Positions 8,610 to 15,606 of a stretch of DNA of 20,000 nt are shown in pieces. The notes below the pieces were generated by a model. It worked only from the letters and a program-made list of their open reading frames with translations, was not told the DNA's origin and did not search any database. Position 1 is the first letter of the stretch. Every line of letters starts with the position of its first letter. The position numbers and the translations under genes were made by a program. The stretch lies in IMG/VR virus record IMGVR_UViG_3300024999_000092; one strand, given 5' to 3'. The stretch is from an uncultured virus (IMG/VR IMGVR_UViG_3300024999_000092) (taxonomy: Duplodnaviria > Heunggongvirae > Uroviricota > Caudoviricetes).

Positions 8610-8636
8610 AAAAACCCCTTCCATGTGGAGGGGTTT
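8610..8636. terminator. Intrinsic terminator-like hairpin
   Basis: AAACCCCTTCCA-TG-TGGAGGGGTTT right after the stop codon. Confidence 0.65.
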
Positions 8637-8647
8637 AATAAATTACA

Positions 8648-8676
8648 TTGCATTATTTACCGGGTAATGCTAAAAT
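8648..8676 (+). promoter_or_regulatory. Sigma-A promoter for the leader of the HTH/coiled-coil gene
   Basis: TTGCAT-17bp-TAAAAT with TGn extension. GCATTA...TAATGC inverted repeat in the spacer. Confidence 0.65.
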
Positions 8677-8687
8677 TATTGTCAATT

Positions 8688-8766
8688 AAACACGAAAGAC
8701 ACCCATCCGGCCAAGGTTGAAGGTGTCTTTATCCTAAAGCGGAGGCGTTCTCTGCTCGCTTTGCTA
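8688..8766 (-). ncRNA. Putative counter-transcribed antisense RNA (about 80 nt)
   Basis: Minus-strand TTGACA(8801-8796)-17bp-TAAAAT(8778-8773). Two hairpins: AAAGC...GCTTT 8736-8762 and AAAGACACC...GGTGTCTTT 8695-8730, the latter followed by a U-rich run on the minus strand. Confidence 0.6.
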
Positions 8767-8841
8767 TTACTTATTTTAAGCAAGGTTAGCCAAAATGTCA
8801 ATACTCTCCGCTATGGAAATTTTGGAGTGGAGGGAAAATTG

Positions 8842-9663
8842 ATGGGACAGGCACTTGCGAAGTTAGACGTTAGGGAAAATTCCACTAGAAAATATCTAGA
8901 ATTAATCGTTAGAAATAAGGAAAATACTATTAGAAAAAGCAATCATAATAATAATGATGATTATTATATAGATATTATTAAGAGAAAGAGTAATGCACTA
9001 AGAGAATATTTAGGTAAAACAAAAGAAAAGGTGAATGAACCAATGGAAAATTCTAATGGAAAAACGAAAAGTAAATATATTGGCGTTGATGAAGCTGCTG
9101 AGTACACCAACAAAACAACTAAGACTATTAGGAATTGGATTAAAGCAGGTATGCCGCACACTACAGTAAACGGAAAACACTTTATCAGCATAGAGACACT
9201 AGAAGTTTGGAAGGTAAGAAAGTACGAGAAAATAAAATTTGTACCGGAAAGTGCTAATGGAAAAGATAGCGAACCTGTGGATAACTCAGTTAGTGCGGAA
9301 ATTACATATACTGAAATTTATCAACCTAAAAATAATTCTCCGCAAAATCATCAACCCGTACAAATTATTGACGTTGGCCGCAACTATATGGCAGAGGTTG
9401 AAGAAAAAATAAGTTCGGCCTTATCTGAGCAGAGAGAATTTTTTACTGCTGCCTTGGCCAGCATTGAAAAGAAACAGGAACTAGAACGGCAGGAGAATAA
9501 GATCGTCATTGACACCATGACAAACGAAAATGCCCAACTCGTCAAAAAAGTTGAGCATCTTGTTAGTCGTGTTCAGCGTACCGAAGAATTTATCGAGTGT
9601 CAGGAGAAGAAGTTGCCTTGGTGGAATTTTGGCGGTAGAATGTTATCTCTTAAAAGACTTTGA
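8842..9663 (+). CDS. HTH (excisionase/MerR-like) + coiled-coil protein, Par/RacA/DUF536-like architecture
   Basis: IGVDEAAEYTNKTTKTIRNWIKAG HTH, C-terminal coiled coil, KKLPWWNF tail. ATG 8842 follows GGAGGG; alternative ATG 9043 follows AAGGTG. Confidence 0.65.
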   Translation: MGQALAKLDVRENSTRKYLELIVRNKENTIRKSNHNNNDDYYIDIIKRKSNALREYLGKTKEKVNEPMENSNGKTKSKYIGVDEAAEYTNKTTKTIRNWIKAGMPHTTVNGKHFISIETLEVWKVRKYEKIKFVPESANGKDSEPVDNSVSAEITYTEIYQPKNNSPQNHQPVQIIDVGRNYMAEVEEKISSALSEQREFFTAALASIEKKQELERQENKIVIDTMTNENAQLVKKVEHLVSRVQRTEEFIECQEKKLPWWNFGGRMLSLKRL

Positions 9664-9906
9664 CAGCATTTCTACTGGATACAGAAGTATAATTAATATG
9701 CCGCATATCATCCCCGAAAATAATATAAAAATAGATATCGCAAGGCCGACTAATGGGAAATTTATAAATATTTTAATCGCTTTTTGGTATTTTTGTGGAC
9801 GTTTTTCTATAAATTCATCAATAAGATCATGTTTCATAAACGCAACCCCTAATGACCATAACGCCATAAATATAAATATAATTACAACTATCTCAAATGA
9901 TATCAA
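9643..9906 (-). CDS. Small membrane protein
   Basis: Two long hydrophobic segments. AGGGGG RBS, TTG start. Confidence 0.55.
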   Translation of the reverse strand: MISFEIVVIIFIFMALWSLGVAFMKHDLIDEFIEKRPQKYQKAIKIFINFPLVGLAISIFILFSGMICGILIILLYPVEMLSKSFKR

Positions 9907-9962
9907 TATTTTACCCCCTACAATTTACTTATCAACCGGTTAAGAAGTTTCCGTGGTGAAAG

Positions 9963-10133
9963 TTATTTAAACATAGACGATAACCTTAAAAATAACCTGC
10001 CTTTAAAACTCCTTCTATCAACCCAGTAACTTTTATATCCATCACCGTTCAGTGCGCTACACCTATGGCAAGGTTCACTATGTATTGCATTGCTAAACCT
10101 AGTGCAATGATGGCATAAATCTTTATTACTCAA
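9963..10133 (-). CDS. Small Cys-rich protein (56 aa; not in ORF track)
   Basis: TTG after GAGGAGGGG: MSNKDLCHHCTRFSNAIHSEPCHRCSALNGDGYKSYWVDRRSFKGRLFLRLSSMFK. Confidence 0.55.
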   Translation of the reverse strand: MSNKDLCHHCTRFSNAIHSEPCHRCSALNGDGYKSYWVDRRSFKGRLFLRLSSMFK

Positions 10134-10341
10134 CGATTAATCTCCCCTCCTCACAACAAACAAGTCTTACGATATTAGGATGATTACCTTTGTGAAAAAC
10201 CTGCTTGCCGTATTTATTACAAACGTGAATAGGATATTTTTCGCCTTTTCTTTTCGCAATGCTTTGCTGCTGCTCAGTAAGGGAAAGATACTCGCAGTTG
10301 CCGCAAAATTTATTGTTCAACATTGATTTAAGGTTACTCAT
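10126..10341 (-). CDS. Cys-rich hypothetical protein
   Basis: Likely start MSNLK (ATGA overlap). CGNCEYL...HVCNKY...CC. Confidence 0.6.
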   Translation of the reverse strand: MSNLKSMLNNKFCGNCEYLSLTEQQQSIAKRKGEKYPIHVCNKYGKQVFHKGNHPNIVRLVCCEEGRLIVE

Positions 10342-10442
10342 AGTTTGCCGCCCATCCATTTCTCGAGTAGATAATTAAAAAGTTCGTATGCGCCAATTGC
10401 AAGAAATCCCGTTATGATGTGGCTTATTATTATATTACTCAA
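10338..10442 (-). CDS. Small single-TM protein (34 aa)
   Basis: TTG after GGAGG: MSNIIISHIITGFLAIGAYELFNYLLEKWMGGKL, coupled to neighbours at both ends. Confidence 0.45.
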   Translation of the reverse strand: MSNIIISHIITGFLAIGAYELFNYLLEKWMGGKL

Positions 10443-10627
10443 CGGATAACCTCCTTCAGCGTGGTAGGAAATGCGGGATAAACTTGCTCACATTCACCAT
10501 TACTTCGCCAGCCTGTGTTATTGTCACATAGATATGGTTTGTTCTCAAACGCCCACCATCCGGTATTGTCATAAGCAATATACTTCGCCCACTCCGGTAT
10601 CGAGTAGAATTTAATTTGATTATTCAC
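10439..10627 (-). CDS. Phage hypothetical protein
   Basis: IPEWAKYIAYDNTGWWAFENKP motif typical of small phage proteins. Probable GTG start at 10627. Confidence 0.6.
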   Translation of the reverse strand: MNNQIKFYSIPEWAKYIAYDNTGWWAFENKPYLCDNNTGWRSNGECEQVYPAFPTTLKEVIR

Positions 10628-10937
10628 TATTACCACCCGCCTTCCCAAGTGACTTTTTAATCTTAGCACACAACTTCGCCCTATCGTCAGGATCTAGACT
10701 ATCAATAACATCCTGCGGACATTCAAGGAGAAACTTAACCGCCTGCAAGAGTTTGATTTGTTTATCAAGAGACTTAGTAGTACTTTCACCCTCAAAAACT
10801 CTTTTCTCCCTGCTATCGTGCTTGTATGCACACTCAGGGCATACGATATTATTGTCCAACGGTACAAAATACACTATGTCGCAGTCGCTAAACGGTTTGC
10901 CGCATACCTGACAGTTACGGATTGATGTTGTTTTCAT
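10620..10937 (-). CDS. Zn-finger hypothetical protein
   Basis: CQVC...CPEC. GGAGG RBS. Confidence 0.7.
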   Translation of the reverse strand: MKTTSIRNCQVCGKPFSDCDIVYFVPLDNNIVCPECAYKHDSREKRVFEGESTTKSLDKQIKLLQAVKFLLECPQDVIDSLDPDDRAKLCAKIKKSLGKAGGNSE

Positions 10938-10938
10938 T

Positions 10939-11172
10939 TTATACCTCCTTAGTAATTGGCTTAATTTTACTCATAACCTTCTTATGCAATTTCTTTAATA
11001 TGGAATCTTGTTGCGAATCAGTGAGTAAATGAAATATGAGCATCAAATAGGCATTGTGTAATTTTTCTATCAATTCCCGTTCTTTGCCTAAGGTAAATCC
11101 TTGCTTATTCAACTGATCTTCTATCGGTTCACATAAAGCACCGTAACCTATTCCTACTTCTTTTTTAGTCAA
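10939..11172 (-). CDS. Hypothetical protein
   Basis: Probable TTG start at 11172 after GGGGAGG. Confidence 0.65.
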   Translation of the reverse strand: MTKKEVGIGYGALCEPIEDQLNKQGFTLGKERELIEKLHNAYLMLIFHLLTDSQQDSILKKLHKKVMSKIKPITKEV

Positions 11173-11285
11173 CTTACTTCCTCCCCACATTTATCACATT
11201 TCCCCTCTGCCCTCTCCGCAGCGGTCAACTTTCTACCGCACCCAAGGCAGTATTCCGGTTCTGTTTTGGTGTAGTCGAAAAGCGT
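11169..11285 (-). pseudogene. Zn-ribbon ORF with ACG in place of the start codon
   Basis: (T)LFDYTKTEPEYCLGCGRKLTAAERAEGKCDKCGEEVS*. Its 5' end is duplicated with an intact ATG at 11504-11530. Confidence 0.5.
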
Positions 11286-11470
11286 TAGTTAATATTCTTC
11301 TTTTTCCCACAGTCTCCACATAACCATTTATCCTTATTTAACATCCATCCCCTTTTTATACATTCTTTTATGCCTTCTTTGGAAGTTTTACTATCTATAT
11401 ACTCCCATTTAGGACATGCCGAACAGAAAACTGTTAATTGAACATGAAAATACTTTAGATTAGTAGGCAT
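11285..11470 (-). CDS. Small Zn-finger protein
   Basis: CSAC...KRGW...WLCGDC. GGGGAGG RBS. Confidence 0.65.
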   Translation of the reverse strand: MPTNLKYFHVQLTVFCSACPKWEYIDSKTSKEGIKECIKRGWMLNKDKWLCGDCGKKKNIN

Positions 11471-11527
11471 ATTTATTCCTCCCCTCCGTCAATAGATACG
11501 CACCTGTTTTTGTGTAGTCGAAGGGCA

Positions 11528-11803
11528 TTATTCTACTACCTTAAATTTGCCACGAATCCATTGCTTATCTGCCCTTGGTTCGCCGTTCTTCTTTAACTTA
11601 TGCCAATGCCAATCCATAAAATCTCCAATGGACGGAAGGGCAAGTATACCACGCTCACCCTTTGCATTTTCAACTAACTGTCCTACCTTGAAACCTGTTT
11701 TTAACTCTAAAAGTTGGCATCTTAGGTTAAGTATATCTTGCTTAGTGTTTTTCATAACTTCTTCGAGTTCAGTTATTTTTAGCTTTATGTCTTGTATATT
11801 CAT
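11528..11803 (-). CDS. Hypothetical protein (coiled coil + SH3-like)
   Basis: N-terminal heptads, FKVGQLV...KKNG. GGAGG RBS. Confidence 0.65.
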   Translation of the reverse strand: MNIQDIKLKITELEEVMKNTKQDILNLRCQLLELKTGFKVGQLVENAKGERGILALPSIGDFMDWHWHKLKKNGEPRADKQWIRGKFKVVE

Positions 11804-12246
11804 TGGCTATCCTCCCCACCCAGTAGGTTACTTTGCTCGTGGACGTTTCCAATAACCTTGCAATTTTTAAGTCCATCATAAATAGGACTGTGTGACGAGT
11901 AATATATTTTCCCTCCTAAGAATCTACCATTTGGTTTAGCTAGGCAAAATGCACCCCAATGTATATTCCAGCGCACCACAAACATTTGACTATGTTTGTC
12001 CTTAACAATATCTCCATCAAATATCTTCTGTCCTTCGGGAAACTCGGCGGTTCTCTTGTTGTCCCTTAAGCCGGTAAACTGACCGACAGTTTCCGGATCA
12101 ACCTCATATGCAACCATTTCAAATTCATCGGCAACCTGTATTCCGTAACCGTTTTCCAAATTACCGGCAATAAATGTTCTGCATAGTAAACCATAAACAA
12201 ACTCACCGTTATCAATGCGCTTACCGCGAAACTCAATCTCTCTCAT
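11800..12246 (-). CDS. YopX family protein
   Basis: MREIEFRGKRIDNGEFVYG...VDPETVGQFTGLRD...IFDGDIV...VIGNVHE. ATG at 12246. Confidence 0.9.
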   Translation of the reverse strand: MREIEFRGKRIDNGEFVYGLLCRTFIAGNLENGYGIQVADEFEMVAYEVDPETVGQFTGLRDNKRTAEFPEGQKIFDGDIVKDKHSQMFVVRWNIHWGAFCLAKPNGRFLGGKIYYSSHSPIYDGLKNCKVIGNVHEQSNLLGGEDSQ

Positions 12247-12617
12247 TAACTCTCCTCCTTCGCTATCACCGCGCATAACGCCGCCTTACAAATTGCCTCC
12301 GGTATATTATCAGCTAATGCCCAATGCTTGCCGTATACCTCTTTGTATTTATGTTCGCGTGAATGTCTATGAATAATATCATCAGTCACGACAGCATACC
12401 AACCATCTTCGGAACAGATAACGCTTATCTGCATCCTAGCCATTACCGACAGTATTGATCTAATTTCAGTGCTATAATGTGGCAGATAACTTAAATCCTG
12501 CCTAACCATCTTAAGTTCGTGATAGACTTTATCTTTACCCCAACCAAAAACATTTTCAGCGACTAGAGCATCTAACTCGCGCCCAGGTTTCATTGCTAGA
12601 ATTTGATCTTTGGTCAA
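12246..12617 (-). CDS. Phage ABA-sandwich domain protein
   Basis: MKPGRELDALVAENVFGW...PHYST...PEAICKAAL. Confidence 0.75.
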   Translation of the reverse strand: MTKDQILAMKPGRELDALVAENVFGWGKDKVYHELKMVRQDLSYLPHYSTEIRSILSVMARMQISVICSEDGWYAVVTDDIIHRHSREHKYKEVYGKHWALADNIPEAICKAALCAVIAKEES

Positions 12618-12883
12618 TTTATTTCCTCCTTCTTAACCTTATCCCAAGTAAAATCCTCGCACCACTGCTTTGCTTCCTCTATGTCCTTAAACCAAATATC
12701 TTGCCATAAAGAATTAAACCGTTTATCCGTCTTAATATCGGCAACACTAACCCACCAGCCTAAATGTCTACAACTAAAACCTTCTGTATAATCGTTAATT
12801 TCAAACTGGTTGTTATTTTTTCTTCCCTTAACTCCAGCTTTGCCATGAGTGTAACGTTCCCTCTTTTTAGGTGTCCACTTCAA
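12614..12883 (-). CDS. Hypothetical protein
   Basis: 89-aa ORF with AAGGAGG RBS and FKDIEEAKQWCE motif. Confidence 0.7.
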   Translation of the reverse strand: MKWTPKKRERYTHGKAGVKGRKNNNQFEINDYTEGFSCRHLGWWVSVADIKTDKRFNSLWQDIWFKDIEEAKQWCEDFTWDKVKKEEIN

Positions 12884-13110
12884 TTGTTTTCCTCCTTGTG
12901 TTTATTCATTGACACAACTATTATATTTTTACATTTATCAATGTTGGATAAATAATCTTTGGTATTATTGTGCAGTTCTTTCAAAATAAAAAGATAGTCA
13001 AGAGAATCGCAAGAAGTTTTACCCTTAATATAGTTAAGATAAGACTTCCTAATATGATATTTAGATTTATAGTAAAAACTTAAAATATCATATCTGATAA
13101 TACTAAACAT
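12880..13110 (-). CDS. AT-rich hypothetical ORF (may be spurious)
   Basis: 76 aa with an upstream GGAGGG, but low complexity. Confidence 0.3.
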   Translation of the reverse strand: MFSIIRYDILSFYYKSKYHIRKSYLNYIKGKTSCDSLDYLFILKELHNNTKDYLSNIDKCKNIIVVSMNKHKEENN

Positions 13111-13166
13111 GGAATTTATTCTTCCCTCCTATATCGTCTGTTTTGCAATTTAGCAAAACGACTATG

Positions 13167-13337
13167 TTATTTATCTTTCCTTTTCTCCCAACCTTCGAGA
13201 TAACTACTAACCGCATTATCTAAAACCCTAGTCATTGGTACGCCTGTTTCATTGGAATAGTCCCTAAGTTTCTTAAATATCTCATTCTTAAGCGTACTAC
13301 TAAACTGTGTGCGGTTCTTTAAGTCCTTAACTGCCAT
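13167..13337 (-). CDS. Ribbon-helix-helix transcriptional regulator (56 aa; not in ORF track)
   Basis: MAVKDLKNRTQFSSTLKNEIFKKLRDYSNETGVPMTRVLDNAVSSYLEGWEKRKDK. GAGGTG RBS. Confidence 0.85.
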   Translation of the reverse strand: MAVKDLKNRTQFSSTLKNEIFKKLRDYSNETGVPMTRVLDNAVSSYLEGWEKRKDK

Positions 13338-13355
13338 CTATTTCACCTCGTAAAT

Positions 13356-13421
13356 ATTATATCATTTAGTCAATAAACAGTCAACAACGTTATTGATATT
13401 ATGTTTAAAATATGGTATTAT
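13356..13421. promoter_or_regulatory. Divergent sigma-A promoters
   Basis: Minus strand: TTGACT(13384)-17bp-TATAAT(13361) with TGn. Plus strand: TTGATA(13393)-17bp-TATTAT(13416) with TGn. AGTCAA repeated at 13368 and 13379. Confidence 0.65.
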
Positions 13422-13448
13422 TATTACATAAATATTGGAGGTGTTGGA

Positions 13449-14108
13449 GTGAAAGATCGCGCTTTAATAGATAGAATATCTAGCACAATGCTAGAGTTAG
13501 AATTGTCTAAAATACGCTTTGACAGTGAGCAAAATAGAATAAAGGAAGAGTTAACTAATTATCTAACCGACAACAAGGAACTCATCACTAGAGATGTAAT
13601 GTCATATTATTATTGGGAAACTAATCTTGCCGTATCCATACTTAAGGCATCATTGAATGACGAAAAAATGATGATAAATAAGTTTGTTCAAGGTTATTGT
13701 GTTGTAACCTCATGTCCTAACTGCGGTTCCGATGTTTTCTCATATCCAAGGTCAAGAGAAAAGAGAAGATATATGAAAGACGATGTATTATGTCCTGTCT
13801 GTAGCGATAGAAAGAAATGGATTAAGGAGAGAAAATCTAAAGAGGAATGGGAAGATTATAAAATATACCTAAAGAAATTAAAGGATATGCCCTATAAAGA
13901 ATATCTGCGCACGAATCATTGGTTAGATGTAAGGAGAAGGGCATTAAACAGGGCTAATAATAAGTGTCAACTATGTTACAATGAGAACAAACTACAGGTT
14001 CACCATAAGACATATGAGAGAAGAGGTCACGAGCATAATAGTGATGTTATAGTTTTATGTGAGAAATGCCATAAGAAATTCCATGATATTTTAGATAGTA
14101 AGGAGTAG
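13449..14108 (+). CDS. HNH endonuclease with extra Zn-ribbon and N-terminal helical domain
   Basis: CQLC...LQVHHKTY...VLCEKCHKKFH plus CPNC/CPVC. GTG at 13449 after GGAGGTG. Confidence 0.85.
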   Translation: MKDRALIDRISSTMLELELSKIRFDSEQNRIKEELTNYLTDNKELITRDVMSYYYWETNLAVSILKASLNDEKMMINKFVQGYCVVTSCPNCGSDVFSYPRSREKRRYMKDDVLCPVCSDRKKWIKERKSKEEWEDYKIYLKKLKDMPYKEYLRTNHWLDVRRRALNRANNKCQLCYNENKLQVHHKTYERRGHEHNSDVIVLCEKCHKKFHDILDSKE

Positions 14109-14113
14109 AGTTT

Positions 14114-14137
14114 AAGGGTGCCGCATAGCACCCTTTT
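14114..14137 (+). terminator. Intrinsic terminator
   Basis: AAGGGTGC-CGCATA-GCACCCTT followed by TT. Confidence 0.75.
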
Positions 14138-14163
14138 CTGCCGTATCCAGCACAAAGTTACCT

Positions 14164-14188
14164 AAAAAAAATAACCCCAATTGGGGTT
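14164..14188 (-). terminator. Intrinsic terminator of the FtsK cassette
   Basis: AACCCC-AATT-GGGGTT followed by a U run on the minus strand. Confidence 0.7.
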
Positions 14189-14472
14189 TAATGAAAACTC
14201 AAAGCACTCTCGACATACTCACTATTCTCCTTATCCATCTTGGCAAGCTGATACCTAGACACTACATCCCTTATCTCTTTGCTAAATTTTTTAGCACCAA
14301 CGCCAATGGTAACCGCATTATCTGGTCTATGAATGGCATTTATCAGACCACCAAGTTTAATCCAATATTCGGTGAATACTCCCTTTTCATATTCAATGAC
14401 AATTATATCTGTCTCTGCATCGTTAAGTATTGCTCTTATGGTTCCGAAAGTGATATTAGAATCGTCCTTCAA
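14188..14472 (-). CDS. Hypothetical protein
   Basis: 94 aa, GGGAGG RBS. Confidence 0.6.
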   Translation of the reverse strand: MKDDSNITFGTIRAILNDAETDIIVIEYEKGVFTEYWIKLGGLINAIHRPDNAVTIGVGAKKFSKEIRDVVSRYQLAKMDKENSEYVESALSFH

Positions 14473-14477
14473 GCAAC

Positions 14478-14699
14478 CTACCTCCCAATCATCCTATTAT
14501 GATTCGCAACAACTCTCTTATCCCGTATCTTCTCCCAGGCATCGCCGTACAGCGACTCCATCCGCTTATTGAATATCTTTTCCTTGCGCACCTGCTTCTT
14601 ATAATACTTCTCATGGTCAGGCGTATTGTCCGGCGGGCCCAAATGATAGAGAGTACCCAAAATCATTCCAATGCCCCGACCTGCTCCCGATAAACTCAT
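14478..14699 (-). CDS. Hypothetical protein
   Basis: 73 aa, ATGA overlap. Confidence 0.55.
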   Translation of the reverse strand: MSLSGAGRGIGMILGTLYHLGPPDNTPDHEKYYKKQVRKEKIFNKRMESLYGDAWEKIRDKRVVANHNRMIGR

Positions 14700-15325
14700 T
14701 TAATCACGTCCTTTACTTCGCTCATTAGACAAACATAAAACACAACTTTACTGCCTTTAATCAACTTCTCGATCCTTGCCTTATCCTTAAGATTATCAAC
14801 AACTACGACAACTCTAGCAAACTTACCCGGCATCGGCCAATCCTCGGCATCCCATTTACGACTAAGCGCATATTGCTCGTATTGCTGAATCTTAACCGAC
14901 ATATCGGAATGATTAATCGCCCTCTGATACTCAACGAAATACGGCCTGTTTTCGACCACTACAAACGCATCAGCTATGCCAATACCATAATCAAAATCAC
15001 TCTTAAATACGGGGTTAATATGCCGCAAATTAATGAATATCTGATTAATACCTAACCTATGTTCAACGTGCTTTGGCTGCTTACCCATCCAATAAATATA
15101 ATCGTTACAGGACATACACCTGCCTCGATAAATTAACTTTGCATCAAAGAGTTTCTTTAACTCCGTTCTGCATTTGTGCTGACCATAATTGGAATCATCA
15201 AACAATAACTGATTAACTTGCCGACGAGAAAGAACACCAAAATCTTTAAGAAAATTAATAATATCAAAACGTCTTTGAGTAGAACGAATCGGAAAACTAA
15301 CAAAAGCCAAATTTTCAGCAGACAT
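14696..15325 (-). CDS. Replication-relaxation (Replic_Relax) family protein
   Basis: wHTH N-terminus (IINFLKDFGVLSRRQVNQLLF), HVEHRLGINQI, and PD-(D/E)xK-like ADAF...YFVEYQR...KIQQY. Downstream of FtsK. Confidence 0.8.
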   Translation of the reverse strand: MSAENLAFVSFPIRSTQRRFDIINFLKDFGVLSRRQVNQLLFDDSNYGQHKCRTELKKLFDAKLIYRGRCMSCNDYIYWMGKQPKHVEHRLGINQIFINLRHINPVFKSDFDYGIGIADAFVVVENRPYFVEYQRAINHSDMSVKIQQYEQYALSRKWDAEDWPMPGKFARVVVVVDNLKDKARIEKLIKGSKVVFYVCLMSEVKDVIK

Positions 15326-15393
15326 AAAGGCTAACACCTCACATTTAAAACAAGTGGTTTATAATACGCGGATTGATAAAAGTATCGGTATGT

Positions 15394-15603
15394 CTACCAA
15401 CTTAAATTATTCTGTCGCTCCTTCAAAGATTTGATATTTTCAGCACACCATTCACTCGTAAAATTTAATGTATAGTTCATTAACTCAACCCTTCTATTAA
15501 GAGTATTTACTATTTCCTTAATGTGATCTCTTTCGATAATCATAGCGACAGTAACTTCTCTAAGTACTTCAACAGACTCAAGCATAAAATCTAAATTATC
15601 CAT
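15394..15603 (-). CDS. Small coiled-coil hypothetical protein
   Basis: 69-aa ORF between the FtsK and Replic_Relax genes. Confidence 0.55.
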   Translation of the reverse strand: MDNLDFMLESVEVLREVTVAMIIERDHIKEIVNTLNRRVELMNYTLNFTSEWCAENIKSLKERQNNLSW

Positions 15604-15606
15604 ACG

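Noticed and set aside
8761..8841. Extended TTG start of the 300-aa ORF
   Set aside because: It has no suitably spaced RBS and overlaps the antisense promoter and leader. ATG 8842 has GGAGGG.
9530..9943. 137-aa plus-strand ORF
   Set aside because: It overlaps 8842..9663 out of frame and is antisense to the membrane gene 9643..9906.
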